Of a stretch of DNA of 64,000 nucleotides, positions 1 through 15,646 are shown piece after piece. The translations under genes were made by a program, and so were the position numbers. How positions within the stretch are numbered: position 1 is the stretch's first letter; the number at the start of each line of letters is the position of its first letter. The stretch is from the human T2T-CHM13v2.0 reference genome, Homo sapiens: assembly GCF_009914755.1 (NCBI RefSeq), contig NC_060929.1; one strand, 5' to 3'. The notes below the pieces were generated by a model. It was not told where the DNA came from. It saw nothing but the letters and a program-made list of their open reading frames with translations, and searched no databases.

Positions 1-170
1 GAGGTGGGGAAGAGCTACTTATAGTCAATCTGTGCATACAACAGAAAAAGAAATAATGAACAATTGTACTTGACGAATATTTACTCCTCCTCTCCTTTTG
101 AGATATAGTGCAACATACTATCAGAAGTATGTTATTGTCACTATACTAAAGGAGTTTTACAATGGAGGAC

Positions 171-676
171 TGTCACGGCCTTAACAAAGATGGCCTAATG
201 ACCTTAATATTTCCTTCTGTTTGACTAAATTTTAGACTGGCTTATTCCCAACTATAAGCTCTTGACTTCCATTTTATTTACTTTAGAGAATCTGTAACTG
301 CAAATTCTTTCTCTGCCCCTCTGAAATGTACAGAAATCTTCTCCAAGCCTCTAGTTAGTTTTACAACCCTTCCTCAAGGACTTGGGCGCCATCTCTTCAA
401 AATGTGATCATTTAAGGAGATAGTGTCCTATCTTTCAGGCTGCGTGAGAGGGTAGGAGCCTAACTTCTAACTTCTATAAGCACCAATTAGTAAATATAGA
501 TGGCCTAATTACATTGCCTAACTTCCTCCAGCACTTTTTCACTAGCTACCCCATCAAGTGGAAACTCTTCCATGTTTTGTTTCATTGGAGTTGAGTTGAA
601 TCTCCCCTATCAAAATAGTCTTGAATTAATTCTTTCCGGCCTGTTTAATTCTGTCTAGTGCATTTTTTCTTTGACA
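171..676 (+). mobile_element. Solo ERV1-class LTR, MER31/MER67-like
   Basis: Begins TGTCA and ends TTTCTTTGACA; internal motifs 'ttctttctctgcccct', 'gggtaggagcctaactt', 'ggagttgagttgaatctcccctat...agtcttgaat' resemble recalled MER31/MER67 LTRs; no TSD seen. Confidence 0.6.
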
Positions 677-1200
677 ACATATGGGTTCAACAGAAACTGG
701 ATGACAGAAGAGTTCCATATTTTTGAAAGACTGAAAAGTTATCAACTGCAATAATGTGAATGAAGATGAGCAGTTACAGATTTGAGTCACAAATTGCAAA
801 TTCTATCTGTCTCTACTTAAATGTAAAGTATAATTGACAACCATGGGTTTCTATCCCATGCATCTCTGTGTCTGCATAGTTTGTAGACAGAGTTAGATAT
901 AACCTAATTATCCTGGATTACTGTAGAATGAATCTTGAAGATGAGTCTAGAACAAAACTAATGTTCAGAGAATGAAAAGAATATACAGCAAGGCAGTGGG
1001 GGCAGAAAAAAATGATGTGTCAAGAAACCTCAAACAAATTTGCTTTAAATAGAGTGTAAAGTTCAATTGGGAAAAACAAAGAAATGAGTTAATTAAGAAA
1101 TAAATCATGTAACTATAATGCTTAGCTACAGAGAAATCTGTTAGTGGGAAAGTTTAAACACATAGTCTCTGACTCTTAAATAGTCCTTTAAAATAAAGTA

Positions 1201-1296
1201 ATTTTAATAAAAAATTTGAAGATTTTAATAAAAAATTGGAAGATTAATTTTCAAAAAAGGATTAAAAATTTGAAGATTAAAAAAAGTTTGAAGATT
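1201..1296. repeat. Degenerate tandem repeat of AAAAATTTGAAGATT (about 4 copies)
   Basis: The tgaagatt/ggaagatt core recurs four times, each after an A-run. Confidence 0.6.
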
Positions 1297-2542
1297 CAGA
1301 CAGCCCAAATAATTTGTGTTTTAAATTTGAATTTTCTAAAGAGGATTTTCCTTTTCTTTTCCTTTTGGGCATTAAGGAAGGCTGAGAGGGTTTTTCTTTC
1401 CTCAATATTAAAAAATAATTTATTTATAAAAACTGAATTATTTAAAAAATGTTTTCACAGTAGGGTCACATGTTAAAATATTCCATATGACTATATCATG
1501 CAATACTTTAAATACTTAGATCCATACTGATATTCTGTATCACTTCCTAAAAAGTTCTATACATTTCTTACTATCTACACAAAGCAGTATGTTTTTATTT
1601 ATACCATAATTATTTTTATGGGTATGATAATTAGTATTCCCTTATTATAACTAATCAACTCCAAATTAATAAATTTAACGGCATTATTTTAGTTCACATG
1701 TCATCCTTCCAATATAGGATATTATTGACCACTCTCTTTTCTTCATGATATTTTCTCAGTCCTTTGCATTTAGACACTGTAATAATTGTTATTTTCATTG
1801 TAAAATGTTCTCTTTTTGCCTATAAAACTACATATATAATTTGCCATAATTTCATTCTAGATTTTTTTATCTTAGAAACTTCATCACTTTAATATCTGTC
1901 TCTGCAAGCCTAAGGAAGTAAGTGTGAGTCATATCTAACATTCCCAGGAAAGACACCTGCATAGGCCTGTGATTGTTTAACAGTGACCCAACAGCAGTTA
2001 ATAGGAACTTGTCTGAGGAAACTCTTGGAATTTGGGGTATAAAAATGACTCAATGTGGAGTAGGGTACCATTTATATTTAACAGACATTTAGTAGGCAGC
2101 AATAATGTCTCAGATATTGGACTAGGCCATAAATATACACAAATAAATAAGACAAATGACTCACATTCCAGCAAAAAGAAAATATGAAAGTAAGGTGATG
2201 AACTAATATTGTAGCAAACCTATTATTTGCCAAAAATTCTCCACAGTACAATAATTATTATCTCTTTCTATTGTATAAAATGAATAAAATCCAAAGAAAG
2301 CAAATAATCTTCAAATTGTTCAAACTCTCTTACCTAGTATGTCACAAAACTAGAATGAGAATGTAAGTATAACAGTCACAAAGTCCAAATTCCTTCTAAA
2401 TTACCTTGCTCAAAAGAAATTAATAAGAATGTTAAAACAATGTTAAAACAAGAAGTCAATCAGTAAAGATTCTGAGGGCCAAGAAGCAAAGAAGAAACAT
2501 ATGTACTCATAAAAAACCAAGAAGCAGTATATGTACATATAT

Positions 2543-2575
2543 AGAGAGACAGAGAGACACAGAGAGAGAGAGAGA
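2543..2575. repeat. (GA)n-type microsatellite
   Basis: agagagacagagagacacagagagagagagaga. Confidence 0.85.
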
Positions 2576-3576
2576 ATCGTAACGTTACTCTTCATGGTAA
2601 GTCATTCTCCTACCAAACTGAATCTTTTCATTTATTTTCCCTGTGGTTCAAAGTAAACACATCTAAGAAAATGTTTAGAACATAGATAAAAATTATGTAT
2701 GATGTAGGGTAAATGGTGTCAGGGAAAGATGCAGGTAAGATGTTTTAATTCGAGTCTTTGGTTTGATAATGGATACATTTTTAAAAATCAAATGTATATA
2801 CTACATTGTCTAATAGCATCATCAGATCAAATTTCTCCCAATATAAAAAATTTACTTTAAGTGGCCAGAAAAGCATAAAGATCAATGCTATTCTGGCTTA
2901 ACTATTTTTGAATAAAATGAGCCTTTAGTGATAAGACAATAGTTTTCTAGTTTTTATAAATGTGACATGTATTAGGGATGTGGGGAACCAGAATGGCAAC
3001 ATGGCAACCTCTGGGTAAAGCTCTGCTGTCATATTTCAGTTCATCCTCAATTTGCAAAGGCAATGAGAAAAATTCTGAGAGTGTACTTCCTTTTCTAAGC
3101 AGTTTAGAATAATATTATTGAGTTTGGCTAACACTATCACTTATTTAGCATCAATATTAATGATTTGGAATGGGAGTAAAATTACAGTAATGAAATTCAT
3201 AGCTAATGCTAAGTCTTCAGCTGTTAGAACTGCCAAAGAGAGATAAATATATAAAATGACTTGCATTGCTTAGAAACTTGGTTTATAAATTGCAATGGAA
3301 GTTTTAACAGGCACTTAGACTTTTGGTAACAAGTAGTAGATATTTCTAAAGAGGAATGAAACTTTGAATCACAGAATATTATTTTAAAACCAATATCCTA
3401 ACTAAAGGAAGGTTAGCTCATTTCATCTGAATAATATTTTGTGGTTTTTCCACTCTTTGTAAAGAAGGAATATATATGACCCATTTAAATGTAAGTTATT
3501 CACAGGCCAGAGTTCTGTCTCTGAAATTGCCCCACCAAAATCAGCTCAGACCCTCTGAATGCCTGATTAAAAGATG

Positions 3577-3601
3577 ACAACAACAACAACAACAACAACA
3601 A
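3577..3601. repeat. (CAA)n microsatellite, about 8 units
   Basis: acaacaacaacaacaacaacaacaa. Confidence 0.9.
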
Positions 3602-4539
3602 ACATTACTAAAGAGTTGAAATTTAATGATATCCCTCCAGAGCAAGTCGATCTTTCCTTTGTTGCCTCTTCTACAGTCTGCCATCAATAGTGGTGGCTGT
3701 ACCCACAGTGTATTAAATCAAGAAACTTAGGAAATGTCATGGGAGGCATGTTTGTACATATACAGCATATTTTTCATTTCAACCCCAACCAGAGGAAGAC
3801 TTTTTCATAAAAATCAGAGCAGGGTAATCCACCTTCCCCAATTATTGAGCCAAAAGTTGGGTCGCAAAGGTATCAGGAGCAAAGAAATGATACCTTTAGT
3901 AGTAAGACTGTGTAATAGTTATTTAGCAGAGAACATTAGAGGGTAAAAATCTCTTTAAAACAGTGGATAAAGATTAAAAATAAGCCCTCCAATTTGAGAT
4001 ACAATAATTTTTCTGAGGTTAAGACTTGATTTAAAGAAACAAACATTTTTGTAATTATAGGTGATCATCACTAATTTCATCATAGTACCAGCTATCATTT
4101 GCTAAGAACCAGCTATGCATCAGGCATTTCCATAATTACTTTACATGTCATACCATTTTATGTAAACCTCATCTAGCTATAAATTAGCTTTAGTAGCATT
4201 AAACATACAAAGAAATGATGGGTCAGAAGGGGATGAATACTGTAAAGGAGAATACAGAGAAGACCAGGTTTCCTGCTGCCAAACTTGCTAGTCTTTTCAT
4301 TTAGTGTAGTACTTACCTATAAAAGTTCTGCAGAATCTTTCTATACAAATGCAGATAAAGTTATTCTGGAACCAAATCACACTAATGTACTTTCCAAGAA
4401 CTAGCTGGCTATGAGTTTTCACCAGTGTACAAGAAGGTGGAATTGACAACATCTATCAGAATTCCACTGAAATGTTCAGTTTGTTGCATATAATTAAGTA
4501 TAGTTTAACTTTATGAAAACTACATGTAATTTTTATGTC

Positions 4540-4912
4540 TGTATTCATGCTGTATTATATCTGTTTTCATGCTGCTGATAAAGACATACCCAAGACCGGG
4601 AAGAAAAAGAGATTCAACTGGACTTACATTTCCACATGGCTGGGGAGGCCTCAGAATTATGGCAGGAGGCAAAAGGCACTTCTTACATATCTACAGCAAG
4701 AGAAAATGGGGAAGATACAGAAGGAGAAACTCGTGATAAAACCATCAGATCTCATGAGACTTGTTCACTACCATGAGAACAGTATCGGGGAACCCCCCTA
4801 CCCCACGGTGATTCAAACTATCTCCCACCAGGACTTTCCCATAACACGTGGGAATTACGGGAGTACAATTCAAGATGAGATTTGGGTGGGGACACAGAGC
4901 AAAACCATAGCA
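4540..4912 (-). mobile_element. THE1 (THE1A/B-like) MaLR solo LTR
   Basis: 'gctgctgataaagacatacc', 'accatcagatctcatgagactt', 'gagatttgggtggggacacag...aaaccatagca'; 5-bp TSD ATGTC at 4535-4539 and 4913-4917. Confidence 0.92.
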
Positions 4913-5353
4913 ATGTCCATTCATTTGTTTTCTATATTTATGTTTTCTTTCTCAAGTCATGTATAAAACCCCTTCAGTACTTTCAAGTTATAATAGACAT
5001 ATGGAGACAGTGTCTCCAGATGACTACTGGTGACAAAATTTCTGAAACCTCAGTTCTACCTACATAAACTAACTCTCTCTTAGTTCCTTATTAAGCAAGA
5101 TGTGTGACTTAATAAGGCTTCTGCCTTCTTAAGTGTGCTACATAAAACCAAAGCAGGTAAGGTGGTATTTAAGCAAAGATAACATTATAAACAAAATAAA
5201 ATAGTCATTTTTTGTTCTCACTAAATATTTTTATAAAGAAATACTGTTTAGAGCCAAATACAAATTTATTACATTTTCCTTCTAAAAATATACCCATATA
5301 AATATAAGTTTATATGAACACATGTATAAATCCAGTATAAAGAAAAAAGTTCT

Positions 5354-7388
<2,035 letters not shown>

Positions 7389-8199
7389 GTACTGAATATA
7401 TAAAAGTATTAGACATTTATAAAAAAGAAAAAAGTTCTAAGTAGAAAGCAAGACTTAATTCTGATAACCACGTGTTTATACTACAATCTTCTAGTCCTAG
7501 GAAATGTATAAAATTATGGGAATTGAAAGAGAAAGGGGTAGTGTACAAGTTATTGAAAATGGTACAGTGTTATTGTTAAGAAAGGGATATTACCTTATAG
7601 GAAACTGAACAAGACAATTGGCTCATATGTTAGGTATGAAAGGGAAAATGAGGAGGAGGAGAGAACGTTTCCATAAACTATGTTCAATTTTTTTAAAGAA
7701 CTCTCCCTCCTCTGGTGTTATATTCCTACTGAAACAATGTTTATTTTCTACATAGCTTCACACCCCCATCTGCTGTCCAGTATCAAGAAAAACTAGCTAC
7801 TTCTGAAGTTTTTATTTGTTGCACATCACATTCTTGTCACAAGTGGCCCTGATAACTCCTTTTCAAAGACTATTTGGAACCTATAAAATGATACAGTAGT
7901 ATTCACAGTAAATTGCATTGCAAAATTGCAAAAAGGTCATAGCAATGCACTCTATTACAGGTGACTGATGTCTCCCACAGAGTATATGAAGCAGAAAATT
8001 TGAATGCCTTATATTTTTGACAAAAATTCCAATAAAAATGTAAAATGATATTATATGAATTTGCTATTCAAATGGCAACAGTAATGTAAGGTAATAAGAA
8101 AGAGGTATAATAATTCTAATTTCAAGGAATCTTTTTTCAGGCATATAATGGGATAAATCAACCTGCTGACATGGCCTAATACAATGAAAATATAAAATT

Positions 8200-8360
8200 A
8201 TCAACAAGCATAGCAAGAAGCTACATTTTAAAATCTGAAATTGTGGACTCCTGGAACCCATTCTAGGATACATTTAAATTGCTACTGCTAGGATCTTATA
8301 GTTTATAATTTTAATAACTATCTAGATTTTTCTCATGCATATTGAAGTACAAGAACCATA
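8200..8360. mobile_element. Degraded MER5-like hAT remnant
   Basis: 'attttaataactatctagatttttctcatgcatattgaagtacaagaacc' resembles a MER5 end; approximate bounds. Confidence 0.35.
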
Positions 8361-9575
8361 ACTTCCCAGGGTAAAAATAAAAACTCTCAAGTGTAATAAA
8401 ATTAATTTTACTGTTTATGTATAAAATATAGGCTTTCCTCCCCACCAAAAAAAAGACCACTTCTTTTTTTAATAAATTCTCATCACACTAGTTTATATTT
8501 CTTTTCAGTACATTTTGGGTATCTGAATATCATATTCTTTGTTCTAAGAATAACTAATAAAGAACAGAAGCAGCCAAAAATTAAGCACTTAATTGTATAT
8601 ATTTTTTATATTTTCAGAGAAAATTATTTAAACAGTTCCTGACATCAAAGAGGTAGCACAGACATGGGAAAACATTTATAAGATATACCAACAATGGAAC
8701 AAATTCATACATCAAGAACTGAATAAAATGTAAGATATTCTATGTACATAATTTTGGGTGAATAAATTTAAGAAGTGTTTCAAAGACAAACATTACTCTC
8801 CATTACTACAGGAGAGATATGGGTATAATAAAAGGAAATCTCATTATCTTGATTAGTTAGGATGACTGTAAGCTTGTATTAATTTGAATAGTCTAGGAAG
8901 ATTTAGTGGACAGAATGACATTTCAGAAGCTGTTTTAATTACTTAAATAATGTTTTGCATGTTAGAATAGGAGAGTATACCAAAATAAATTGCGGTCTGC
9001 AAAAGAATGAAAATGTTGACAATTTTTTATGGGGTACAACATCATTAAAATTAAAATTAAATTGATATTCATATGCAGAAGAATTAAACTAGACCCATAT
9101 CTCTTGCCATATACAAAAATAAATTCAAAATAACTTAACTGTAAGACCTGGAACTATAAAACTACTAGAAGAAAATGGAGGAAATGGAGGAAATATTTGC
9201 AAACGATTCATCCAATAGGGTATTAATATCCAGAATATACATGGAACTCAAACAACTCAACAGCAAAAACTAAATGATCCCATTTTAAAATGGGCAAATC
9301 ATCTATATAGATATTTCTTGAAAGATGACATACAAATGCCCAACAGTGTATGAAAAAACTGCTCACCATCACTAATTGTCAATAACTTGAAAATCAAAAC
9401 CAAATGAGCTATCATCTCACCCCAGTTACAATGACTATCACCTAAAGGACAAAAAATAACAAGTGCTGGTGAGGATGCAAGAAAAAGAAACTCTTAAACA
9501 TTGTTAGTGGTAATGTAAACTAGCACAGCCGTTATGGAGAACAGTATGAAGGTTACTCAAAAAACTGAAAATAGA

Positions 9576-11586
9576 GAAGTCCTAGCCAGAGCAATATAAA
9601 AAGAGAAACAAATAAAAGCCATCCACATAGAAAGAGAGGAAGTCAAACTACTTCCTCTCTTGCAGATGATATGATTCTATACCTAGAAAACCCCATAGTC
9701 TCTGCACAAAGACTCCTGGATCTGATAACTTCAGCAAAGTTTCAGCATACAAAATCAATCTAAAAACAGTCAGTACCATCTCTATATACCAATAACATCC
9801 AAGCTGACCCAAATCAAGAACACAATTTCATTCACAATCACCACAAAGTGAATGAAATGCTTAGGAATATGACTGACTAAAGAGGTGAAAGATATCTAAA
9901 ATGAGAATTACACTGCTGAAAGGAATCAGAAATGACACAAAGAAATAAAAGAACATTTCATGCTCATGAATAGGAAAAATCAATATTGTTAAAATGTCCA
10001 TATGGTCCAAAGCAATTTACAGATTGTATGCCATTCCTATCAAACTACCAATGACATTTTCCACAGAATTAGAAAAAAAGTATCTTAGAATTCATATGAA
10101 GCCAAAAAAAAGAGCCCAGATAGCCAAGGCAATTCTAAGCAAAAAGAACAAAGTTGAAATCATTACACTACCTGATTTCAGACTGTACTACAAGGCTATA
10201 GTAATCAAAACAGCATGGTACTCGTACAAAAATAGACACATAGACCAATGGAATTCGTTAGAGACTCCAGAAATAAAGCCACACACCTACAATCACCCCA
10301 TCTTTGACAAAGCAGACAAAAAAAAGAGCAATGGGAAAAGGACTTTCTATTCAATAAATGGTCCTGGGATAACTGGCTAGCCATATACAGAAGATTAAAA
10401 CTGGACCCCTTTTTATTAACCATATACAAAAATCAACTCAAGATGGATTAAAGACGTAAATGTGAAACCTAAAACTATAAAAACCCTGGAAGATAACCTA
10501 GGAAATATCATTCTGGCCATAAGCTCTGGCAAAGATTTCATGACAAAGACTCCAAAAGCAATTGCAACAAAAACAAAAATCGATAATTGGGACCTAATTA
10601 AACTAAAGAGCGTCTACACAGTAAAAGAAACTATTAACAGACAACCTACAGAATGTGAGAAAATATTTTCAAACAACAAAGTTCTAATATCCAGAATCTA
10701 TAAGGAACTTAAACAGCCAACAAATAAACACACAACCTCATTAAAAAATGGTAAAAGAGCAAGAACAGACACTTCTCAAAAGAAGATATATACACAGCCA
10801 AAAAGCATATAAAAATGCTCAATATTGGTAATCATTAGGGAAATGCAAATCAAAACCACAACGAGATACCATCTCACACAGTCAGAACTGTTATTACTAA
10901 AAAATTAAAACATAAGAGATACTAGAAAGGTTAGGGAGAAAAGGGAAGGCTTATGTGCTGTTGGTGGGAATGTAAATTAATTCAGCAACTGTGAAAACAG
11001 TCTGAAGATTTCTCAAAGAACTTAAAGCAGAACTATCATTCAAACCAACAACCCCATTACTGTGTATAATATCCAAAGGTATACAAATCATTCTACCATT
11101 CTAAAGACATATGCACGTGTATGTTTATCACAGCACTATTCACAATAGTAAAGACATGGAATCAACCTAAATGCTCATCAATGGTGGACTGGGTATAGAA
11201 AATGTAGTACATACACACCATGGAATACTACACAACCCTAAAAAAGAATGGGATCACGTCCCTTGCAGCAACATGGATGGAGCCAGAGGTCATTCTCCCA
11301 AGCAAACTAACCAGGAAAAGAAAACCAAATATCACATGTTCTCACTTTTAAGTGGAGGCTAAACAATGAATACATAAGGACACAAAAAAGAAAACAACAG
11401 ACGCTGTGGTCTACTTGAGGTTGGAGAGTGAAAGAAGAATGAGAATTGAAAACCTACTTATTGGGCAGTATGCTGACTACCTAGTTGACAAAATTATCTG
11501 TATACCAAACCTCTATGACATACAATTTACCCATATAACAAACAGCACATGTACCCATTGAACCTAAAATAAAAGTTAGAAAAAAA
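9576..11586 (+). mobile_element. L1PA15/16-like LINE-1, 5'-truncated, nested in L1MA
   Basis: Degenerate ORF2 from the RT region (ttgcagatgatatgattctatacctagaaaacccc); 3' end 'gtacccattgaacctaaaataaaagttagaaaaaa'; degenerate TSD aaaaaact..aaaataga at 9559-9575 and 11581-11599. Confidence 0.88.
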
Positions 11587-11770
11587 CTCTAAAAATAGAA
11601 CAATCATATGACTCAACAATCCAACTAGTGGGTATATATCCAAAGGCAAGGAAATCAGAATATCCAAGAGATATTTGCACTCCCATGTTTATTGCAGCAC
11701 TATTCGCAATAGCCATGATTTGGAATCAATCTCAGTGTCCATCAATGGATTAATGTATGAAGAAAAGTTT

Positions 11771-11890
11771 TGTGTGTATATATATATATACACGCACACA
11801 CATACACACGTATATGTACATATATATCACATACATACATAATGTGTGTATATATGCACACATTATACACACACACACATACACATACAC
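11771..11890. repeat. TA/CA-rich compound microsatellite inside L1MA
   Basis: Alternating purine-pyrimidine tract expanded at the L1 'tatatatacac' site. Confidence 0.85.
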
Positions 11891-12150
11891 TATGGAATAC
11901 TATTCAGCCATAAGAAAGAATGGAATCCTGTCATTTGCAGCATCATGAATAAGCCTGACCTGGAGGACATTATGTTAAGTGAACTAAGCCAGGAACAGAA
12001 AGAAAAATACTGCTCGCTCTCGTTCACGTGTGGAAGCTAAAAAAGTTGATCTCACAGAAGTAGAGAGTAAAGCAGTAGTTACTAAAGGCTGGGAAGAGTG
12101 TGAGTAATAGGAATAGGATAGATATAACCTTGGCTAAAGAATACAAAATT

Positions 12151-13792
12151 CCAATTCTGTGAAGAAAGTCATTGGCAGCTTGATGGAGATGGCAGTGAAT
12201 CTATAAACTATCTTGGGCAGTATGGCCATTTTCACAGTATTGATTCTTCCTACCCATGACAATGGAATGTTCTTCCATTTGTTTGTATCCTCTTGTATTT
12301 CATTGAGAGAGGCCGCATTGCCAAGTCAATCCTAAGCCAAAAGAACAAAGCTGGAGGCATCGTGCTACCTGACTTCAAACTATACTACAAGGCTACAGTA
12401 ACCAAAACAGCATGGTACTGGTACCAAAACAGAGATATAGACCTATGGAAGAGAACAGACCCCTCAGAAATAATGCTGCATATATACAACTATCTGATCT
12501 TTGACAAACCTGAGAAAAACAAGAAATGGGGAAAGGATTCCCTATTTAATAAATGGTGCTGGGAAAACGGGCTAGCCATATGTAGAAAGCTGAAACTGGA
12601 TCCCTTCCTTACACCTTATACAAAAATTAATTCAAGATGGATTAAAGACTTAAATGTTAGACCTAAAACCATAAAAACTCTAGAAAAAAACATAGGAAAT
12701 ACCATTCAGGACATAGGCATGGGCAAGGACTTCATTTCGAAAACACCAAAAGCAATGGCAACAAAAGCCAAAATTGACTAATAGGATCTAATTAAACTCA
12801 AGAGCTTCTACACAGCAAAAGAAACTACCATCAGAGTGAACAGGTAACCTACAGAATGGGAGAAAAGTTTTGCAATCGAATCTGACAAAGGGCTAATATC
12901 CAGAATCTACAATGAACTCAAACAAATTTACAAGAAAAAAACAAACAACCCCATCAAAAAGTGGGCAAAGGATATGAACAGACACTTCTCAAAAGACAAC
13001 ATTTATGCAGCCAACAGACACATGAAAAAATGCTCATCATCACTGGCCATCAGAGAAATGCAAATCAAAGCCACAATGAGATACCATCTCACACCAGTTA
13101 GAATGGCGATCATTCAAAAGTCAGGGAACAACAGGTGCTGGAGAGGATGTGGAGAAATAGGAACACTTTTACACTGTTAGTGGGGCTGTAAACTAGTTCA
13201 ACCATTGTGGAAGTCAGTGTGGCGATTCCTCAGGGATCTAGAACTAGAAATACCATTTGACCCATCCATCCCATTACTGGGTATATACCCAAAGAATTAC
13301 AAATCATGCTGCTATAAAGACATATGCACACGTATGTTTATTGTGGCACTATTCACAATAGCAAAGACTTGGAACCAACCCAAATGTCCAACAATGATAG
13401 ACTGGATCAAGAAAATGTGGCACAAATACACCATGGAATACTATGCAGCCATAAAAAAGGATGAATTCATGTCCTTTGTAGGGACATGGATGAAACTGGA
13501 AACCATCATTGTCAGCAAATTATCGCAAGGACACAAAACCAAACACCACATGTTCTCACTCATAGGTGGGAACTGAACAATGAGAACACATGGACACAGG
13601 AAGGGGAACATCACACTTTGGGGACTGTTGTGGGGTGGGGGAAGGGAGGAGGGATAGCATTAGGAGATATACCTAATGTTAAATGACGAGTTAATGGGTA
13701 CAGCACACCAACATGGCACATGTATACATACGTAACAAACCTGCACATTGTGCACACGTACCGTAAAACTTAAAGTATAAAAAAAAAAAGAA
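12151..13792 (+). mobile_element. L1PA4-like LINE-1 with 5' inversion (12151-12307 antisense; 12308-13792 sense)
   Basis: ORF2 C-terminal ORFs at 12293-13576; 3'UTR 'cctaatgttaaatgacgagttaatggg'; perfect 15-bp TSD AAAGAATACAAAATT at 12136-12150 and 13793-13807. Confidence 0.95.
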
Positions 13793-15521
13793 AAAGAATA
13801 CAAAATTACAGCTAGATAGGAGGCAAAAGTTCTGGTGTTCTATAGCACTTTAGCCTGACTATAGTTAACAATAATGTATTATCTATTTTCAAATAGCTAG
13901 AAGAGAGAATTTTGAATATTCCTAATACAAGAAATGATAAAAGTTTGAGGTGATGGATATGCTAATTACACTGATTTGAGCACTATATAATGTAGGCATT
14001 AAAACATCACTTTGTACTCCATAAATATGTACAATTAATATGCAACAATTTAAAAAATGTTGACAGTTTAAATGAGCCACACCCAAGGAGACAAATTCGA
14101 GGCAAACAAAAGAAATTGGGAGAGGTGGTGACTGGCAAAAGGAAAAGTATTTTGATCTTCCTGGTGATAGGCTTTAGGGAATAATGAGAATATTGCAGAC
14201 TTGGTGTTCAATGCAATGGAAAATTGATAAAGGACTTCGGGTAGGGAAAGATGGGTCAGTGTGACAGATGAAGAATGCAGCTTTGACAATAATAGCTAGA
14301 GAGAGGAAATGTACTCTATCCTGAAAATGGAAAAATCAAGTGAAAATGAAGTACTAGCAGCCAAGCTAAAGATAATTGAGTCGATTTTATAGTAAGAAAA
14401 AAACACAGAGGAAAGTGAAAGAACAGGGACTAAAAAGTAGAAAGCAGCTGTAATGTTTCCTCAGGGAACTGGCAAAAATAAGCTGATCAAAAGATATTAA
14501 TTGAATGGACTAATTAGTAATTTATTGCATGACAATACGTTTAGTTCAACGAATACATAGTGCACACAATGAATTAGGAATTGAGTTTTGTGCTAGAGAC
14601 AGGCAGTAAATATGATGTCAAAATTTCCTTATTTGCCACATAAGAAAGATGATGACATTGCCAACTGAAAATAGAAATCTACATTTTAATGTTTGTGCAT
14701 TGAATTGTGGTTTTCCTGCAACTTAATCTTAATGTCATCGACTGCTCAGAAATATTTGTTGTTGACTACCAAAAAGAAAACATTTTAAGTACAATTTCAA
14801 ACCCTTTGAGCTTGCTACCAAATTGAATGTTAAAGTCAATAGAATTTGCATTTATGAAGATTCATATTATTGAAGTGACTTTTTCAGAATGCTTCTATCT
14901 CTACCTCTGAAAAATGAGAAAAATGAGACACTAAACTGAGTCTTGCAGTTCACCTCCACTGTCATTATGACACCTGATTCTGTATCCTGCAAAATTAGAG
15001 TACAATGTCAGAAAGCATTTGGTTGATATCTGAAGAAAATAATAAATGTTGCTGTTATACACATACAAATGTCAGCACCAAATAATACAGCAATGCTTTG
15101 TGTGTTCTCTACCCACAACTTCTGTGAACCAGGAAAAAAAAAATAGGAATGAAAGATTTTTTTTGCATTAGTTTCAGGCACTGTTTAAGGTCTGTTTATA
15201 ATAGTGATGTTGTCTCCCTTGGAATATTATAAAGTATTTTCAGGTCTAAAATGAGTTATTCAAAAGAAAGTAAATCCCTTGGAAGCTGTTTGAACTGTTT
15301 GTAGAAAATTACTTTCTAGTCTTACAGTATTAGAAAATAAAAATTACTATCTCTAGTATTGTATCTCCCACTTTTCTCTCTGAAACAACAGTCCTTTTAA
15401 ATGGTACTTTATATTGGATCTTGTCAAAACTAAAAGGTCATAGCTTTATTTACTATTTATAAGCCCTCATAGTCCTGGCACAGACCTAGGTCAACAGATA
15501 ATAAAATTTTAAAAACAATCA

Positions 15522-15646
15522 CATTGCATCCATTCTAGCATGCACTTTTTCACACTTTGAAACCTCTGAATTCATGAATGCAAGTGTTTTTGCCTTGTTG
15601 GTTGTTCACCAAATACAGTCTGTCATAGATTTGAGGAAATACAGTA
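15522..15646. mobile_element. MER104-like TcMar remnant
   Basis: 'catccattctagcatgcactttttcacactttgaaacctctgaa' ... 'catagatttgaggaaatacagta' resemble recalled MER104 termini. Confidence 0.45.

Larger units (their letters stand above)
9060..14057 (+). mobile_element. Old L1MA-type LINE-1 (host), split into 9060-9575, 11587-12150 and 13808-14057 by two younger L1s
   Basis: L1 sequence continues across both inserts; L1MA-type 3'UTR 'caaaattacagctagataggagg...aaacatcactttgtactccataaat'; TSD aaaatgttgaca(a/g)ttt at 9010-9025 and 14054-14069. Confidence 0.85.

Noticed and set aside
1216-1476. 86-aa Lys/Ile/Phe-rich ORF
   Set aside because: Low-complexity AT-rich repeat with a non-ATG start.
4535-4966. 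143-aa ORF
   Set aside because: Spans the THE1 LTR; no protein family recognisable.
9026-9040. tttatggggtacaa resembles the reverse complement of the L1MA 3'UTR at the host element's 5' junction
   Set aside because: Only about 14 bp; cannot be distinguished from chance without an alignment.
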